A stretch of DNA of 64,000 bases from Iphione sp. A-MEVVRFRX5. Lineage: Eukaryota. The notes under the pieces were generated by a model that searched no databases, was not told where the DNA came from, and saw only the letters and a program-made list of their open reading frames with translations. This document shows, in pieces, positions 1 through 12,075 of the stretch (position 1 is its first letter; each line of letters opens with the position of its first letter). The DNA lies in contig OZ320314.1 in NCBI GenBank assembly GCA_976226885.1, forward strand, positions 64,046,001 through 64,110,000. The letters are read 5' to 3'. The position numbers and the translations under genes were made by a program.

Positions 1-575
1 AACTTTTCATATATTTATAGAAAGAAACTGGTACATCTTTCCTAATACCAAATGAAACATAGTTTTTATCGCTGTGTATCCGAAATAATTCATACTTCTA
101 CATCAATAACCGATAAATTATAGTGACACGCCACTGAAAAGGAAATACATAGTTATAAAACACTGTGCGTGGAATACAATTTGAAGTAGAACTAAGATAC
201 TCCCAGAAGGAATATGCTTCACTTTTCGTTTTTTTTTCAAATAAAAGGGCAGGTTTTCTGAAGCCCACAAAAAGTACAGCGTCAAACTAATGCATATAGC
301 CAATAGATATTTGACAATAATATCGTTGGTCAAAATATACGTTGCATTTAATAAATAAATGTACCTGTTTATGCACAAGTGCAATGTACATATATTTGGA
401 TCAGTGTTCGCCAAACTGTAATCACCCTTACATTCCAGTCTGATGTACATATACATGTACGTAAATACTCAGTATTTTGTCGATGGTAAAGTTACAATAA
501 AATAAAATTGGAGTAAATTGCACCAGTGTGTCTAAAGGCTGCATGTGTCCTAGAATGTAGAACCTTCACACCTAC

Positions 576-1597
576 CACTGTCTGCGCCATGGTGGAACTG
601 AACTTCTTCGTAGGGGTTTTCCGCCCGTACTCCAGAATCTGTGCCGTGTGCCACCTCTTCGTAAGGATCCTCTGCTCGCCGCCGACTGGGCCGCTGTGTG
701 GGTTGTGGCGCAGGACTACTCAACTCTGCCGTACAACTCGCCGGCCTACTGGTCACCCCAGGCGGGCCGCTCTTTAATCGACCCTTTGAGGGCCTAGTGT
801 CAGCATACCTTCCCTCAAGTCCACTACTCGGCCGCGGTAATCCAGGACCAAACGTGCCTTTCAGTTCGGTCTGTCTATGGTCATCTGATTCGCTGGGAAT
901 ATATTTACCTTTGTTTCTCTTCCATGGCTTCTTAGACTTCTTCGTTGCCAAGGCATTGACCCAAGCGTCGTTAAAGCCATTGAAATAGGCTACTTCGTTG
1001 TGAAGGTCCATGTCGGAGGAAGGAGTGTCACTCACGAAGGACTGGTTGTCGTCTGCTCGAGTGAGGCGTGCAAGTCCATTCTCTGATATAATTACAGGAC
1101 TGGCGCGATGGACTGGGAGGTTCGAGTTCTCGGGCAGACATGAGTCCGAGGCAGCAGCATGAATCATCTCCGTTGGCGTCTTGCTGCGGTTGCGTAGTCG
1201 ATGCATCCGGAGCTTCAAATCCTCATTCCGTCCGCTAGGCGGCAGGCCTTCTGACTTCGTCTCACTATCCGTTTGGCTACAGACTGGGGCACAGCTGACA
1301 TCCATCTGTGAGGAAGCTGGCGACGGACTGCCAGCCGCACGGCGAGCCCCTCGCAGTTTGTGTGCCCGCCTACAGCCAGAAGGTATAGCATCACTCTGCA
1401 CGTCGTCATTTGGCGACTTTGGATTTAGGCTCAGGTCTGAGTGGGACAGAGACCGAGTAGGGTGGCTCTGCCGGGTCGGGGCCTCGTCCTCAAAATGAAC
1501 CCTGTTCATTGGAGGGGATTTTCTTTGGCTGAGGTCTTGAACGGATGAGGCTTTTCTTGACTGTCCGAGAGTCATACCGACCTGATCTAACTCATCC
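576..1597 (-). CDS. Coding exon 5 (of those found) of a large disordered minus-strand host protein
   Basis: Acceptor tattcttgcatatttcag|G is phase 2 and joins the 1974-2126 exon in frame (R-DELDQVGMTLGQ...). The 341-aa open frame is S/P/R-rich. A donor GACAGTG|GTAGGT sits at 576/575; if unused, the frame stops at 550-552. Confidence 0.8.
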
Positions 1598-1973
1598 CTG
1601 AAATATGCAAGAATACATCACTTTATCGCAAGCAAAATCGTAGAGAAATCCAGCACAAAAGATTAGGATTAACTTGTTAAACTTCAGCTCGAATGTAATG
1701 TGGTTCATTGGCTTCTTTGTACCATCTGCCAAGTATCGAACAGAAGCGTTAGCGTTCATCAGTGCTGCATAATTATATTTTGCTCTTTGTTAACTTCACG
1801 CTCGTTCTGGTAGTCCATTCGCTATATATATACATATATGTATTTGTTTGCACATATCTTTTTCTGGCCACGCGCCATAGTACCACCTGCACCAGCTGGT
1901 TTAGCCCCAACATTGCAACTCCATTCATTTGTACACTGTGCCTGCTTGCATTTTATTGATGATGATAACCCAC

Positions 1974-2126
1974 CTGCTGGGGTCCTGTCGCGGTGACGAT
2001 GGTTGGATACTGTGGTCCGCCTTGAGCGGACCATACTTTGCACCAGCGGCGGCACCGCTCCGAGACTTGTGGGCGTTCTTGAAGTCCTGGGAGCTGATGG
2101 CAGCATACCGGTGACCATTCTGCACT
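1974..2126 (-). CDS. Coding exon 4 of the minus-strand host gene
   Basis: Acceptor tgcttttcag|A, donor CAG|GTGGGT, 153 nt, phase 2-2. Reads RVQNGHRYAAISSQDFKNAHKS...PRQDPSR. Confidence 0.78.
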
Positions 2127-5100
2127 CTGAAAAGCATTAGTCAAAACTAGTGAGTGCGAAGCCTACATTTGTACCTCTCTCCTACGCTTCTAATGTCCAA
2201 CATGTTTTGGAATAGCCTTAACCTGTTGTTCACTTTCCATAAGAGCATTTTAATTTTAAAAGTTTGATGCTCACAATGGATACATAGGTGAAGTGATACA
2301 TATATATATATATATATGTGTTGTGCGTGATTTTTCAGATGAAATATACATGTTATAGAGAGAACATGTCATACTGGAAACCTGAGTGTTCTCCAGGAGT
2401 AAAGTATTTTTGTATGTAATATAGCAATGCAGAGAGGAACCAACAACTGATCAGCGTTTACCCTTCTTACAAAAAGCTTACCCAGCATATCACATTGAAA
2501 AGGTATATATGTGCACGGATAGGTATACAAGTGTGCACATGTATATCAAACCAGTTTGTGCACGCTCGGGACGAGAGCTTTTGTTTCTTGTTAGTCCGAG
2601 AGGGATTGCGTTGTTGATGTATGAGAGTAGGCGTGTATGTTTGTTTGTCTGCCCCCTTCAGTCGCAGTCAGTTTTATTGTATGCCTTCCCTACGCAGATT
2701 TTTTTATACAACTACTAAAGCAACTTATTCAGTCTATAGGTATATGTATATATGTACATGTACATTGTTTTAATTATAGCAACGGAGAAACGCATCGCCC
2801 CATCACATTTTGTAATGTTTCAAAAGATCCTTCAAAGAGAAATCTAAAAGCAAAGTATGTAGGGGAAACCTGAGAGAAAAAGCTTTTTGGAAAAAAAAAC
2901 ACTGCAATATGGATTAATATTCTAAAGCCTTGTTTTAGGACAATCCATTACAATCGGTGATGTATGGAATACACCACTCCAACATGGCTATTTTTTCCAT
3001 CAAAATTGTTTTCCTTGGTAAAATTACACGGCGCAGTTCGGACTTGCATTTAGCACTGCCAATAAAAACTACTGCAAAAGTTGCAATAGTGTTTAAAGCA
3101 ATACATCATCGCCAGTCTGCACTGAAATCAAAAGGTCTCATAGAAACTTTATTGGCCTGGTACCAAAAAGAGAGGCGCTCGCTATAACTGAGCGAGACTC
3201 GAAGCATTTGACGCCAATTAAGTTGGCAGCTGATCTCGCAAACTAAATTGGTACCAACAGGGATAACTGAAACATGATCGCCTTATCGTGTTCTTTCGGA
3301 AAAATGTAGTGAGAAGAATTACTGATAATAAATGGGACCCTGCATGTTAGACTATCATACAGGTGCCGCCGATGAAAATGCCTGAAACAAGATTTTTTTC
3401 CCAGTTGCACGTGGTTCCAAAATGCTTTAAGTCACAGTCATAAATACATTTCACCAGTGCCATATATAAAATATCAACACAGTGGTAGAAATGGTTCAGA
3501 GCTTTGAGAAAACGAATTCCTGACCGCTACCCAGTGACTATACATGCGCAGAACGTAGACGCATTTGTTAAACGTGTCTTATATGTGAGAATCTATGAGG
3601 ACTAAATTGAAGCTTGGACGTGTTTGGACGGATGCCTTTTGGATCGTTTACGGCGCCGCTCGTTCACACTATACACGTCACCCAAGAAACAGTTTAGGTG
3701 GCAATATATAGCCTGAAAGCTCTCCTTTCCTTAACTTCACTTCTGTGCAAACTACTATGAAACTGCTAGTAATGCTTAACACTAGCACAAGAGCCACAAC
3801 ATGTATATTTACTTCGGGTTAAAGTTGCCCCTATGACGAAGTCAAGTGAATTCAGCAAATGCATGCCCCACATTATGAAATACTCTATCCCATCTTCCAA
3901 ACTCAAGCATTCTCTTTTTGTTTAAATGAAAACTTGTATGTAGATCTCAAGAAGTACCACCGATTAACTGATGGCATATACTTTTAATTTGACTCACATT
4001 AATCTCGCAATCATGTACATGTATATCCTTCCTAAGTCTGGGTACTCTTTAATACCACTGGGCCATCGACGAGCACCAGGTGCCTCTCCACCCACACTAC
4101 CACATCCACTCAAGGATTATCAGGTAATCAGATCATAAGATGTACAGGGTGAACGACCTTAGTCTGTGGTGCTCACTCCTATACGTTCCGGACCTTTAAG
4201 TGTAAATCAAACAATGGAAACGTAAGACGTACTGCCTCTTTTTACACAAGGCTGAAACAGTGTCAGTCTCATATCAATCGATTTATTTTAATCATATGAG
4301 GCTCTAAATGATTGGATTTGTTCATTTAGGATACTTCCCATTCGCCTTTTACCCATTTTGATTAATTTTATGTCAATTTAAGTACTGGATGATAAATCGA
4401 ATGTTAGCCGATTGTTATTCTTAAAAAGTCTGTACGTCGTAAATTAAGTGCATTTATTAATTCCCATTATACATATACATGTGCATAAACTGGGATAGAA
4501 TCTCTCACAAAAGAGTGATTTTTTTTCGGTTAAACTATTTAAAGAACGGTACCCATTGTCATGGGAAATGCCAGACGTACGTAGGCCTACATTACATGTA
4601 TGTAGCGTACAAATTCCTGCCAAAATCACTATAGATTATATCTGCAATTTAGTGCCAAAGGGATTAACATAATTGAATTGGTTTTGACGGGACATGGTGA
4701 ATACAATACATACCAAAGCCCCAGATCAATGCCAAGAATACCTTCTATATGTATGTTAGTATATATACGTACTGTATAGGAAATATTTAGGTCATAAAAT
4801 GTTCCTACCAGAACGTATAGAACGTATTCTAGACATGCTAGACCATATGTGCTTGCCACCATGTCATATGATATCGGATTTAACTTATGTGGTCGTTCTA
4901 CCAGGATCTTTTGTGTGCGTCAGTCAATCGAATCTTCTCCACCGCACTGGTTTCCTTTTTAAAAATCTTGTTTCTATGCCTCATATCAATGCTCCACTCA
5001 CGCCATCCTTTTAAACTGACCCCCCCGTCATTTAACGTCTTTTCCTTGTAATATTTCAAAGTGCAACCGTATTATAATGTTGATATAAATGACGTTCTTC

Positions 5101-5267
5101 ACCACTGGTTCGGAGTCACTGTCTTGCATCCCTCGGCTGCGAACATTTACATATACATGTACACGCATAACTACGTTACATGTGTTATTTTCTATACCCC
5201 GTTCCACTACAAGAACAGATCCTTCCGGCTTTGCCACTTACCTGAACATTGAGACTTTGAATGATAT

Positions 5268-6309
5268 TCAGATGTATACAATACAGGACACTCTCTCTCC
5301 GTTAAGGAATAATTCTATTGTGTTCACAGGCTTGAAATCCGCTGTAAGAAGTTGCCAGTAGTGAGCGAGTTCGGTATTCGTACACAACAGGAAGGACCGG
5401 CCACCGTGGGACGTACAGGGACTATGAACCATAGGAGGAGAGCCCACATGTATACCGTTTATCAGTATGGAACTGTGTGGGATACGACTGTGGCCGCATT
5501 TCTTCAATGATTGAGTCCAGAGCATGATGCCACTCTCCCCACTCCCGCCTGCCCCTAAAACCGATAGGTTGTAAAAAAAAAAAAAAAAAAAAAAACTGCG
5601 GAAGCAAATGTCAGAGAAGTACACTCGGAAGTGGGAAACGTCACTGACAAAACCTAACACTTCTATGCTATTGTATTTTCTAAATTGTAAAAAAATCCAT
5701 GGTCGTAATTCCTCTACCTTACACTTTACTCTCTGTTCGTCCCGCAAAGCATTACTTGTTTGCACTTTTCACCAAATGGTTTCCTTGTATACTTATCAAG
5801 GTTCTTTGAAAAACTTATGGACCCTAAAAATATAATGTAGTGGGAAAACAAAATGCCTATCAACCAAAGAAAGTTTACAACAACTTTCTGAATTTCGGGA
5901 AGGTGTGTAAGGTTTGGATTCGTCTTTTATCTCATTCTGGGTGGTTTATAAGTCCTGGTGATGATGTCGGAAGATGAGGTCCGTTTTCTCCTTGGAACTA
6001 TAATGCGACCCTTTAAAAGCGCATCTTGTAACGGCCTATCTTCTGATATAAACGGGTTTCTTTGGCGGTTGGAAACAAAATCTACCTGAGGCTTCTGCCT
6101 GCAACTACCACAGAAACGTCAACAAACACATGTATCCAGATGACAGGAGCCTGAGGAGGTCTGTTTCTATGATAACTGAAAAAAGCGAACGAGTAAAAGT
6201 GTTTTACCTGGGTCTCCATACGTTTCCAATGAAACAAAATTTTTGCTTTTCCTTCTGTGCTTTCATTTATGGTTGCTCCAGACCATTCCTCGGGACACGC
6301 GTGATCCAC
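5268..6309 (-). pseudogene. Decayed spliced coding remnant of unknown family inside an intron of the host gene
   Basis: An exon at about 6208-6309 has acceptor tttctcag| and donor CAG|GTAAAA. A second acceptor ttgcag| at 6098 is in phase with the 165-aa ORF 5268-5765. Only 5 stops occur in about 277 codons of that frame, and an A23 run lies within it. Confidence 0.4.
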
Positions 6310-9289
6310 TGAGAAACAGAACCCACATTCTCATGGCAAGCCATTTAATGAGAGTAGGCCATGCAACTGAATACATGTACACGCATAGGCAATAGATTAC
6401 CCAAAGGAAACAACCTCCTGTTCAGGCACTCTCACCGCGGCTCGAAGAAGGGGGAGGCTATGATCTGCTCGGTCCTTGTGCTTCAGTCCTTATCCAGGGT
6501 GGACTATCTTAATCCGCCACTGTGGACGTGTGTCTAATTGCTTCGAGTAATGCGTGTGTGAGCAGAGCTAGAGGAAAGTGCAGCACTCAGGTGCGAAGGA
6601 GCGGTGCCTCTGTTGACCGAACCGGTTTTAACCCTTTGTCACCAGAGTACTATAACAAGGATGTGATTCGGTGATTTTTCTTAATACCTTTGCTCACCTA
6701 GATTTAATAGCGTTACTTGAGGAGAAAGATTTATCAAAATACTTTTGTTGTCCAACATTTTCTATATGTTGATCCTAAACGAAAACATCTGTTTGCTGAG
6801 GAACATTTGTTGTTTTACCTGTACCATTGTATTTTAATTTCCAATGAAATGTTTTACAGATATTTCGGCAGGCTAATGCCACATAGCCTATTCTGTCAAC
6901 ATCTTCAAAGTATAGGACATCTTGGAGGATACAAAATCTATAATCTTTGCTGGAAAGTCTTCCACCATTGTAAAAAGGGGTCATTTCAATTATAAGCATA
7001 CTTACACTCAGCAGAACAACTAAGTGCTGACAAGTATATCTTTTTGAAAAGGATCTTGAAATTTCACAGTAATGTTATCAGAACAAATGCCGATAAGCTG
7101 TCTCGGGAACGGCTCACAATTATATATCTTATGTATTGTAATAGATTATCTTAGAAATTCAAACTGACGGGTACCAAAGGTGTTTCCTTCTACTTCCTGA
7201 ATGCAATTTCGAGTACGTCATGTCAGTATGACGTGTTACATTATTTAGGATGCTAAATATTCCAAACTGGGAGTGGTGGAATCTGACATCAGAAGAATCA
7301 GGGAGGCGACTAAAGTAGCACCTTCCAAGCACCTACAAGTGAAGGCACCTACAAGTGAAGGTCTTTAACCCCAATATTCCGATTCTTAGATAATTTTCCT
7401 TGACATCAGTTACACAAGTTCTGGTAATTTTTACGAAAATATCAAATGAGTATTTTTAGGACGCTGTTTATGCACGAATACCAAGGCACCAGTCTAATCC
7501 ATAGCACGCCCTTCATCGGTCGTAGCTCATGTTACGTCAAATAATATAGTCAACAATATTTCTACCCAAAATATATTTTCACAGAAAACTGTAACTGAAA
7601 CACTGTCAAAACCAAGTCTACTTTAATGGAACAGTTGTCCTGGTGAATGTGCATTATGTCTGGCATTTCAGTACAGCATTGAACGACAGAAGCTGTAGAA
7701 GTAGGGGAACTATCGCCCCTTGAATGCGTGAGGTGGATCCGAGCAACATGTAACAACGTAGCAGGAAGCCATGCTATTTAGGTCCAATATTGGAACGGAC
7801 ATGCGTAGACTTGCCCCGACCTCAAAGCAATGACTGTTATTCGGGGCACAATTAGATCCGGCGCTTTTCTCTCATTCCTCAAAGGGCCGCGTTACATATG
7901 GGATCATGGGTTGTTTTACCCAAGATGAAATGCTAACAAAATAGTGGAAGTTTTCGTTTAGATTAAGTGGCACGTTCACCGACATGCTCGCGTCCCTTTT
8001 ATTAGCAGTGCCATTCAATAAAACTGAGGTGTTTGGTTCTTATTGTTTTTCGATGGTTTTTGTCGAATATCTCTATAAATTGTTACTTTTAGTATATCTT
8101 TATACTTACTCTGAGGGTGGTTGACGTCTTTTCCCTGTACAATTTCTATATAATGAATAGTGTATGCGCAATTTGTATTGACTTTTGGGGGAATTTCCCT
8201 TTTCAACTGTTCATGTAGATTTAGCAGAAGCAATGCACGTTGTACGATTCGTGAAATAGTAACATCAGTTTAATAAGCACAGTGTATTGAATAGGAGGTG
8301 TGCAGTGAATTCACGGGTCTTTCCTTGACCAGGGTCCTGCGTAGATACATGTATAGTCTGCACCCTGTGATAACTTACTGAACCAATCAATCCAAGGGAC
8401 TGCCGTTTTCAATCTGGGATGGACTTCGACACCTTAATTTTTTACACACACTTCACTGCATCAATGATCTCTGCAAAAAATACCTTCATTTTCCACGCCT
8501 GTCCCAGTTGTCATTACTACGTATGTCTTTTCTTTCTATACAGTCACATGTATGTGTACACGTGTGTATATATATTTGTACATATATGTATATTATTATG
8601 CTCTTGCAGGTGCATATGTATTAGTGTATAATGTGAGTCTGCGCGTATGCTTATGCATTTAACTCAAATCCCCGCATATAGGTATACGTATAACCATAGG
8701 GAAGTAAAGACTGAAGGACTGTTATCCTAGTATCGATAAGGATAGTCTCGGGATATCAGATGCCACTCTTTCGTCTCGTGTAAATACTTCTGCGAAGATA
8801 TACGAAACGAGGCAGTGCTCTATGGTAAAACATACGGGAAAAAAGCTGAACAGGATACAATTACTTTTTGCCGGGTTCATATCAGCAGCGCCCACCGTCA
8901 ATATTGCCTTGCCTTGATCAAGGATACAAAGGTTCTATTTAATCCATACACAAAAACAATTGTCCAACTTCATCTTCTGCGGTTCAGACATCCCGAATTA
9001 GTCTAAATGAATTAATCGATGTGGACTTAGATCCAATTTTTACAGAGGTCTAGGAAGAGGATAAACATGCTGGTATATCCTGGCACATGAACCCAGGACC
9101 TTTCCTAACACAGACTGATGCTATCAACACTGCATCAACGTCAGATTAGCTGCTCGTTTTGACTAAAAACATTTTGTGCGAGAGCACGTTTTAGTTCCTT
9201 TTCCGTCACTTGAACCGCTCGTCCTTGATAGTCCTGTGAACTACCATAAATCAACTATAAGTGAGGAAGATATGAAAAAAACAGCTAAC

Positions 9290-9413
9290 CTGGAGAGGGA
9301 CATGATTGACTCCAGCTCTTGGTCGTTCTCCATGGAGGACGAGGAGTCCCTCCTCTCTCGTGGACCGGGAGGGTAAGATCCATTGGCAATGCCGGAGTCG
9401 ACATCTGAGTCAC
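9290..9413 (-). CDS. Coding exon 3 of the minus-strand host gene
   Basis: Acceptor ttctcatcgcag|GT, donor CAG|GTTAGC, 124 nt, phase 1 to 2. Reads GDSDVDSGIANGSYPPGPRERRDSSSSMENDQELESIMSLSR. Confidence 0.8.
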
Positions 9414-10449
9414 CTGCGATGAGAAATACTACGATAAAGGAAAAAAAACAAGCAAACAGAAGCATAATTTATGTCATCCCGCTGGTTCTGTACCACATAT
9501 AAATAGCGATTGACTACACTTGTAAGTATGTTCCTCACTCATGTACCCTGTGCTATAGTAGATATTTAAAAAAACAAGAATTTCTGTTAGATAATGGAAA
9601 CGCACTACTGGTAGACTACTTACATTGAGATTTGGGCGTTAAATGGCAATTATTCTACTCTTGTCAGATGCACTCGAAACATTAAGGTATACCTCCTATG
9701 AGAACGAAACCTGTTTACAACGAAGTTGCCCTTGCTCTACACACCTTATATATGGCCTGCGGCCACCTTTTCAAACTGCGTTCTTTAATAACTCACTTGA
9801 AAGGGGGAGGCGAAAGATGTGTACAATTATTATGATAAATGGTTTATGATTCCATATCAAACAAGGTATTAAAAATATAATAAAGGTGGAATGGTATGCC
9901 TCTGATAACGAAGTCTCCCATGGTAAAGTGTAATCAAGGAACACATGTACCTGTACAACACTTCATCCTTCTGTATTTCTAACGTGTTTTGAATCGTACA
10001 AAGTCCTTTGCATTTAGAAAGGATTATCTGAGCATAACATTCTACATCATATAATAATTACTTTTCACACTTGTATGTTGAGCGATAATTAATCTATGAA
10101 GTATAATTTTATCTATGTGAAATAGAGAATGGAGGAAGAGGTACACTGGATTGTAGACAAATTACTGTAGATGAGTAAAAGGAAAGGGACAGCACATCTG
10201 GCAATCTGCACTTCCTACCCAGCGATTAGTCTTTGATTTCTAGCAAACATGACAACTCGATGAATCGGAAAACCCAGTGCTTCACGAAAGCAATAGAAAA
10301 TCAATAAACTTAAGAAGGCAATTAGTGAAGAGCGATATTCGAACTAGTTCAAAGCTCAAAATAAAAAAAAACAACTTTTTCGGTGAAGACGATATGAGAC
10401 TGTTCAAACGGACCGGTGCAATGGGTATACAAGTAGATTGAACACCTAC

Positions 10450-11668
10450 CCCTACTCTGGCTCATCCCGGGTGCTGCGAGCTGGTAATCCGAATGAGAGG
10501 TACTCATGTGGAGTCGTTCCCTAGGTGACACCTGGTGGCCATCTAGCACATCATTCACCTTCAACTCTCTCGACTTGATCCTTGCCCCACCACCGGGGGA
10601 TGCGCCGTACTGTCCCCTAGCGGTGTGTTTGTTATTACTCTTGGGTGCATTTCGGTTCGTGATAACAGTCGTTTGGGTGTCGGACGAGCCCGGGCTCGAC
10701 TGCAGAGAAGCAGTGTCCATATCCACAGCACTATCATGAGATGAGTCCGGACTTATGTACCTCTTCGTGCCAACGTGTTTCCTCTGCGGATGATCCGCCA
10801 GGGAGCGCATCTGTCGTTGTCCCTGTCTTACAGCAGTCGCCTGGCCGTTAGCACTGTGGTTATTGCGTTTTATTTGGAGGAGATTATCACTACTGGTGGT
10901 ATTCGAATAACTGGCTCCATCATCCGTTTGGGTGGTGCTGATAGATAGGGAAAGCTCACCTCCTAACATAATGTCACTCGAAAAAGACTGGTTCAAGTCG
11001 GTTTTCTCTCGAACCCGTCTTTTTCGCAGAGGGTTGTTCTCCTCGGAGAGCAAAGCTCGAAGCGTCATTTTGTTCTTGTGTAGTCTTTCCTTCAGAGATA
11101 ACGTCGAATCCGATCGGTCGAGTAATGACGAATCCGACGTCAGGCTCACGTCGGGACCTCCCAGGTCTTTCTTGAGGATGCCTTGTAGGTGGCCATCGTC
11201 AGAATAAGGAAGGCTATTCTCAACCCGCTGCCTGTGAGTCTGTTTATGTCTGGCTGTACCAGTGATGGTTAAGTCCTCCATCAGATGGTGAGTGATCATT
11301 TTAACATTTCTTCTAGATTCTAAGTCCGGCCCGTTCGGTGCCCTCTGAGGGGCGTGGCCTGGGGGCCTTGGAGGCAGGCCCTGCCGGGGGCAGTGCCCCT
11401 CCTGGGCCGTCGGCTGTGTGTGACCCCTCGGCATTGGTGTCATAGTAGACGCCGGCTGGCTGGTCGCTGTGGCGTCACTGCAGACGCTTGTGGTGTCAGA
11501 GGAGATGCTAGAGCGACGCTTGAAGGCCTTGGGGTACTTGTGACGTAGACGTTGGTAGAAGTTGGACTGGAGGCGCGGGTGGTCCTTGTTGCTCAGGTCC
11601 ACCTCGATTTCTTCTATGTTGTCGCCATGCTGATACCCACCAGAAAGTGGGAGATCGCTTGACGTGAA
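10450..11668 (-). CDS. Coding exon 2 of the minus-strand host gene
   Basis: Acceptor cccttgttttttttaaaag|TTC, donor AGGG|GTAGGT, 1219 nt, phase 0 to 1. Contains most of the 417-aa ORF and is S/R-rich, low complexity. Confidence 0.82.
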
Positions 11669-11761
11669 CTTTTAAAAAAACAAGGGAAAAGGTACATGTC
11701 AAAATCAGCGTGAATTCGTATATTTAAAAGCGTTGAAGAAAAAAATCATTAAAAACAGTAA

Positions 11762-12075
11762 GGCCTAAAAAAAAATCTGTGTTTCCGGTACCCCGACCGA
11801 CCCTCATTTTAGCAACAATAGAATTTTAATTGTTTTTCTTGTTTTGTGAATATCTTTAGAATGAAAGCTGATAAAGACATACACTATACACCATTGTGTT
11901 GCTCTTATTGTTAGCTTTCACTTGATATAACAATAGAACTTATCTTGCCCTATACATTTGTTACTCTGAGGGCACAATACCACTGAAAAAAATAAAAAAT
12001 ACAAAAAATACCACCTACCAACCGACCCTACAATCTTTTGCCATGTTACCAGAAACACAGCACTTTTTTTAGGCC
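11762..12075. mobile_element. PIF/Harbinger-type MITE
   Basis: Terminal inverted repeats GGCCTAAAAAAA...TTTTTTTAGGCC with a TAA target-site duplication at 11759-11761 and 12076-12078. Confidence 0.75.

Noticed and set aside
118-456. 112-aa minus-strand ORF as next host exon
   Set aside because: AT-rich with only weak donor candidates; cannot choose among possible acceptors.
1720-1770. Possible hammerhead ribozyme (CTGATGA...GATA on minus strand)
   Set aside because: No proper stem II or GAAA core; other CTGATGA hits also lack the fold.
1953-2144. Phase-0 reading of the 1974-2126 exon (SAEWSPVCC...)
   Set aside because: The phase-2 frame fits both neighbouring exons once the acceptor at 1598 is used.
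4065-4126. His-rich plus-strand exon-like segment ending CAG|GTAATC
   Set aside because: Isolated, antisense to the host gene, with no acceptor or partner exons.
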